A stretch of 64,000 bases of DNA from Clostridia bacterium (GTDB lineage: Bacteria > Bacillota > Clostridia > TANB77 > CAG-465), in NCBI GenBank assembly GCA_045536565.1, contig JAZSNU010000003.1:64001-128000 (forward strand), read 5' to 3'. A model generated the notes under the pieces. It was not told the DNA's origin. It saw nothing but the letters and a program-made list of their open reading frames with translations, and did not search any database. Each line of letters opens with the position of its first letter. Within the stretch, counting starts at the first letter, position 1. Both the position numbers and the translations under genes were made by a program. Below, one piece after another: positions 60,309 through 64,000 of this stretch.

Positions 60309-61205
60309 TTAATTATCACATATTATTTCTATAAGTTTTTTAGCACTAAAACTAGGCATATAATCTTTTTTAGATAGTACTAATATTTTTTGATTTGGCA
60401 AATTAGGAGTTACTGTTATTTCATATAATTGTTTGTTTTCTAATTCTTGTTTTACGAAATTTTTTCCAACAAATCCTATACCTAGACCTATTTTGGCAAA
60501 CTCAATAACTAGTGAGTAACTAGATAGTTCCATATCTGCTTCAATTTCTACTTTATTCTTAATTACAAAATCGTTTAATATTCTTCTAGAATTCGAATGC
60601 GAGTGTTGCAAAAGTAAAGGATATTTTGTTAATTCTTCTAATGGGATTTCTTTTTTTGTAAGTTCTAAATAATTATTGTTACATATAAATGTATAAGTTA
60701 TATCCTCTGAATATTCAACATTAAAGTTTTTAAATTCACAGGTATCATTTGTAATTATTGCAATATCAATACTACCATCATCTAGTTTTTTTAATATATC
60801 ACTTGTTTTACTAGTATCAATGTTTATAGATATATTAGGATATTTTTCGTGATACTTTGCTAAGTGTTCTACTAGAAAAAATTTAGCAAGTGTTGTACCA
60901 ATTCCTATTTTTATAGTACCATTTTCTAGTTTTTTTAGACTACTAAGTCTGTTTTCCCCTATTTTAATATTTTCTATTGCTTTTTCTACATATTCATATA
61001 AAACACTACCTTCATTAGTTAGAACAACCCCTCTTTTAGTACGGGTAAATAGAGTTGTTTCAAGTTGGTCTTCAAGTTTCTTTATACTCATAGTAACAGC
61101 GGGTTGAGATATATATAAATCATTTGCGGCTTTTGTTATATTCCCAAATTTAGCAACAGTATAAAATATTTTATATAATTCAATATCTACTTCTATTATA
61201 ATCAC
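60309..61205 (-). CDS. LysR family transcriptional regulator
   Basis: NITKAANDLYISQPAVT, LFTRTKRGVVLT; start codon uncertain. Confidence 0.93.
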   Translation of the reverse strand: MIIIEVDIELYKIFYTVAKFGNITKAANDLYISQPAVTMSIKKLEDQLETTLFTRTKRGVVLTNEGSVLYEYVEKAIENIKIGENRLSSLKKLENGTIKIGIGTTLAKFFLVEHLAKYHEKYPNISINIDTSKTSDILKKLDDGSIDIAIITNDTCEFKNFNVEYSEDITYTFICNNNYLELTKKEIPLEELTKYPLLLQHSHSNSRRILNDFVIKNKVEIEADMELSSYSLVIEFAKIGLGIGFVGKNFVKQELENKQLYEITVTPNLPNQKILVLSKKDYMPSFSAKKLIEIICDN

Positions 61206-61284
61206 TCCTTATTATAAACATAATTAATATATATTTTAATTATATCATCTGTTGGTATATAATACAAGCAAGGAGATGATTAAT

Positions 61285-61863
61285 ATGTTGATTGGACTAA
61301 TGGGCAAATCAGGAAGTGGTAAAACCACAATAAGTAAGATTTTTAAAGAGCTAAATAATTCTATACAAATATTGGAGGTAGATAAAATAGGTCATGAATC
61401 TCACAAGGATGAAGAAGTAAAAAATAAGCTTCTTAAATATTTTGGAAAATATATTTTTGATGAAAGTAATAATGTTATTAGAAAGAATTTATCTGATATT
61501 GTTTTTAACGATAAAGAAATGATGCAAAAACTGTGTGATATAACATATGGATTTATGCAAAGAGAAATAGACAGAAGAATAAATGAAAATGATATAACAA
61601 TATTAGATTATGCACTGCTTCCTAAAACTAAATATTATGGCATGTGCGATATAACAATATTAGTTAAAGCAAAATATGATAAAAGATGTGATAGAGTAGT
61701 AAAACGAGATAGTATATCAAAACAAAAATATGATGAAATAAATAATAATTCATTAGATTATTCTGATTTGCATTTTGATTATATAATCGAAAACAATTTT
61801 GATACTAAATATTTAAGAAAGATAATAGGTGATATTTATGAAGAATGTGTTGTATCCAGGTAG
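61285..61863 (+). CDS. coaE: Dephospho-CoA kinase
   Basis: IGLMGKSGSGKTT, EVDKIGH, RKNLSDIVF, DYALL, DYIIEN. Confidence 0.8.
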   Translation: MLIGLMGKSGSGKTTISKIFKELNNSIQILEVDKIGHESHKDEEVKNKLLKYFGKYIFDESNNVIRKNLSDIVFNDKEMMQKLCDITYGFMQREIDRRINENDITILDYALLPKTKYYGMCDITILVKAKYDKRCDRVVKRDSISKQKYDEINNNSLDYSDLHFDYIIENNFDTKYLRKIIGDIYEECVVSR

Positions 61864-62344
61864 CTTTGACCCTATAACTTATGGTCATATGGACATTATT
61901 GATCAGGCATTAAACATATATGATAAAGTAATTATTGGAATTGCTGTAAATAGTAAAAAGAATAGCGGTATGTTTACCAGAGAAGAGAGAAAAGCACTTA
62001 TAGAGGAAATATATAAAGATAATACAAAAGTAGAAGTTATAACTACTGATGAAAATGTAGCATCGGTAGATGTAGCATTGAATAATGATTGTACTTCTAT
62101 GGTAAGAGGCCTTAGAGATTTAACAGATTTTGCGGAAGAATTAAAGCTTGCAACAATTAATAATGTTATTAGTGATAAGAAGGTAAACACAGTTGCTTTT
62201 TTTGCAAATCCAAATAATATTACTGTATCTTCAACAAGTGTAAAAGAGCTATTCAGACTGGGTAAAGATATATCCAACTTTGTTCATCCAATAGTATATG
62301 AAGCAATAAAAAATAAAATGAGGAGTGATAATGATGAAAATTGA
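61838..62344 (+). CDS. coaD: Phosphopantetheine adenylyltransferase
   Basis: YPGSFDPITYGH, VRGLR, VSSTSVKE. Confidence 0.9.
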   Translation: MKNVLYPGSFDPITYGHMDIIDQALNIYDKVIIGIAVNSKKNSGMFTREERKALIEEIYKDNTKVEVITTDENVASVDVALNNDCTSMVRGLRDLTDFAEELKLATINNVISDKKVNTVAFFANPNNITVSSTSVKELFRLGKDISNFVHPIVYEAIKNKMRSDNDEN

Positions 62345-63194
62345 TTTACATGTTCATTCTATATTTTCAGATGGTGAAAATACACCACAAGAGATTTTAA
62401 AGCTTTGTAAAGATAATGATATAAATGTAGTATCAATAACAGATCATAACAACATTGATGGTGTAAAAGAGGCTATAAAGCAGAATTCTTATTCTGATAT
62501 AAGAGTAATACCAGGACTTGAATTTTCAGCACAATATCCTGTAAAGGGAGGAGATCTTCATATATTAGGATATAATATGGATTTGGATAATATAGAGCTT
62601 AACTCAGTTTTAAAAGAAATAATGAAAGATAGTGTACGGAGAATTGAATCTTTGTTATATCAGTTAAAGAAGAACTATAACATGTCTTTTAAAGATTCTG
62701 ATATTGAAGAAATGTTTTCTGTGTGTGGAAATATAGGAAGACCGGATGTAGCCAAATTATGTGTAAAGTATGGTTATGCACCTAGTGTTGATGATGCTTT
62801 TGATAAATTCTTAAACCCCGTTGATGATAAGCTTGTGAAGAAGAAAATAGACCTTACTGGTAAAGAATGTATAGAGTATATTAAAAATGCTGGTGGTATA
62901 ACCTGTCTTGCTCATCCAATTACATTAAAGAGGAATGTTCATGATATTAAAGAATATGTGAAAATGCTTATGGGCTTTGGATTAGAGGCGGTTGAAGTAT
63001 ATCATAGTACACATGATAAAAAATTTAGTAGTAGTATGCAAGAAATGGTAGATGAGCTAGGAATTTTGTACAGTGTAGGAAGTGATTATCACGGTTATGT
63101 AGTTAAGCCAAAAGTTAAACTAGGAAGTGGTATAAATAATAATCTAAATTTTGAAAATGCAACTATTCTTTCTAAAATATTAAGGAGTGATTAA
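62331..63194 (+). CDS. PHP-domain phosphoesterase (YciV/TrpH-like)
   Basis: DLHVHSIFSDG, ITDH, LHILGY, GRP, LAHP, GSDYHG. Confidence 0.88.
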   Translation: MMKIDLHVHSIFSDGENTPQEILKLCKDNDINVVSITDHNNIDGVKEAIKQNSYSDIRVIPGLEFSAQYPVKGGDLHILGYNMDLDNIELNSVLKEIMKDSVRRIESLLYQLKKNYNMSFKDSDIEEMFSVCGNIGRPDVAKLCVKYGYAPSVDDAFDKFLNPVDDKLVKKKIDLTGKECIEYIKNAGGITCLAHPITLKRNVHDIKEYVKMLMGFGLEAVEVYHSTHDKKFSSSMQEMVDELGILYSVGSDYHGYVVKPKVKLGSGINNNLNFENATILSKILRSD

Positions 63195-63196
63195 GT

Positions 63197-63997
63197 ATGG
63201 AAAAAATGATTAAGTTATATACTAATACTACAAAAGAAAAGGCTCGGTTCTTGGCAAAGAAGATAGAGGAAACAGCTCAATATTTAGGATATGGAATAGT
63301 AAATCCTAATTATACAGGAAAGATTAATCCGGATATAGTAATTGGTCTTGGTGGAGATGGAACATTATTAAATTTTTTACAGGAGAACAATTACAAAACA
63401 AGTGCAAAATATATAGGTGTAAATTGTGGAACATTAGGTTTTTTACAGGATTTTGAAATTGATGATGTGAAAGATTTTATTAATAATATTCCAAACTACA
63501 TTGAGCAAAAACTTAATTTTGTATCACTTGATGTAAATGATGGTCAAAGTAAATTTAATGCTTTAAATGAGTTTAGTATTCAAAATGAAAATGATAAAGC
63601 TTTTAGAACTTCTGTATACATTGATGATAAGCACTTGGAAGATTTTATAGGTACTGGTCTTATATTTTCAACACCAACGGGTTCTACTGCTAGAAATCTG
63701 TCTTCGGTAGGTTGTATAGTTCATCCTGATATAGAAGCATTACAAATAACACCAAGGGAGGCTATTGTAAATAATAAAATGCATAGTTTAGCCAAAAGTA
63801 TTTGTATACCCAAATCTCTTCAAATTACATTATATCCCGCAAATGCTGATACAATTAAGATATACTCGGATGGTAAATGTGTATATATAGGATTATATAG
63901 TAAAATTAATATTAATTATTCTTATGATTATATAATTAAGTTAACGGATACTAAGAATAGTTTTATTAAAAAAGTAAGAGAAAAGCTTATTGTATAA
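63197..63997 (+). CDS. nadK: NAD kinase
   Basis: GGDGT, NCGTLGFL, ALNE, STPTGSTA. Confidence 0.88.
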   Translation: MEKMIKLYTNTTKEKARFLAKKIEETAQYLGYGIVNPNYTGKINPDIVIGLGGDGTLLNFLQENNYKTSAKYIGVNCGTLGFLQDFEIDDVKDFINNIPNYIEQKLNFVSLDVNDGQSKFNALNEFSIQNENDKAFRTSVYIDDKHLEDFIGTGLIFSTPTGSTARNLSSVGCIVHPDIEALQITPREAIVNNKMHSLAKSICIPKSLQITLYPANADTIKIYSDGKCVYIGLYSKININYSYDYIIKLTDTKNSFIKKVREKLIV

Positions 63998-64000
63998 TTA

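Overview
Very AT-rich chromosomal segment of a spore-forming Clostridia-class firmicute with signs of genome streamlining (lineage is inferred from gene content only). The core content is: the end of the spc/alpha ribosomal region (adk, map, infA, rpmJ, rpsM/K/D, rpoA, rplQ); rpsB-tsf-frr-cdsA-rseP-polC, with pyrH, uppS, dxr and ispG absent from their usual positions; rplM-rpsI and rpsU; several tRNA/rRNA modification enzymes; a sporulation set (spoIIM, spoIIAA/AB without sigF, spo0A, spoIID, spoIIQ-like, spoIIID, sigK, SASP, SipL-like, yunB); and a probable 6S RNA. The most notable region is an accessory hotspot at about 21.2-28.0 kb. It holds a ~2.1 kb integrase-less islet bounded by 64-bp direct repeats that duplicate the 3' end of the SASP gene. 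The islet carries an RRE-less radical SAM/SPASM enzyme, an unannotated 43-aa peptide whose three cysteines all lie in CX3D motifs (candidate new ranthipeptide), and a zinc peptidase. That peptidase and a neighbouring peptidase E gene are both split by +1 frameshifts in a similar GAA-TAT-RTA-AAA-AA...CGG context. Other leads are a duplicated 30-bp promoter flanking an SLH gene, a pilin-like/CpaE-like ATPase/degenerate GGDEF operon, a KilA-N gene with a LexA-like box and palindromes, and a LysR-linked coaE-coaD-PHP-nadK/nadM cluster. No rRNA, tRNA, CRISPR array, IS element or prophage was recognised.
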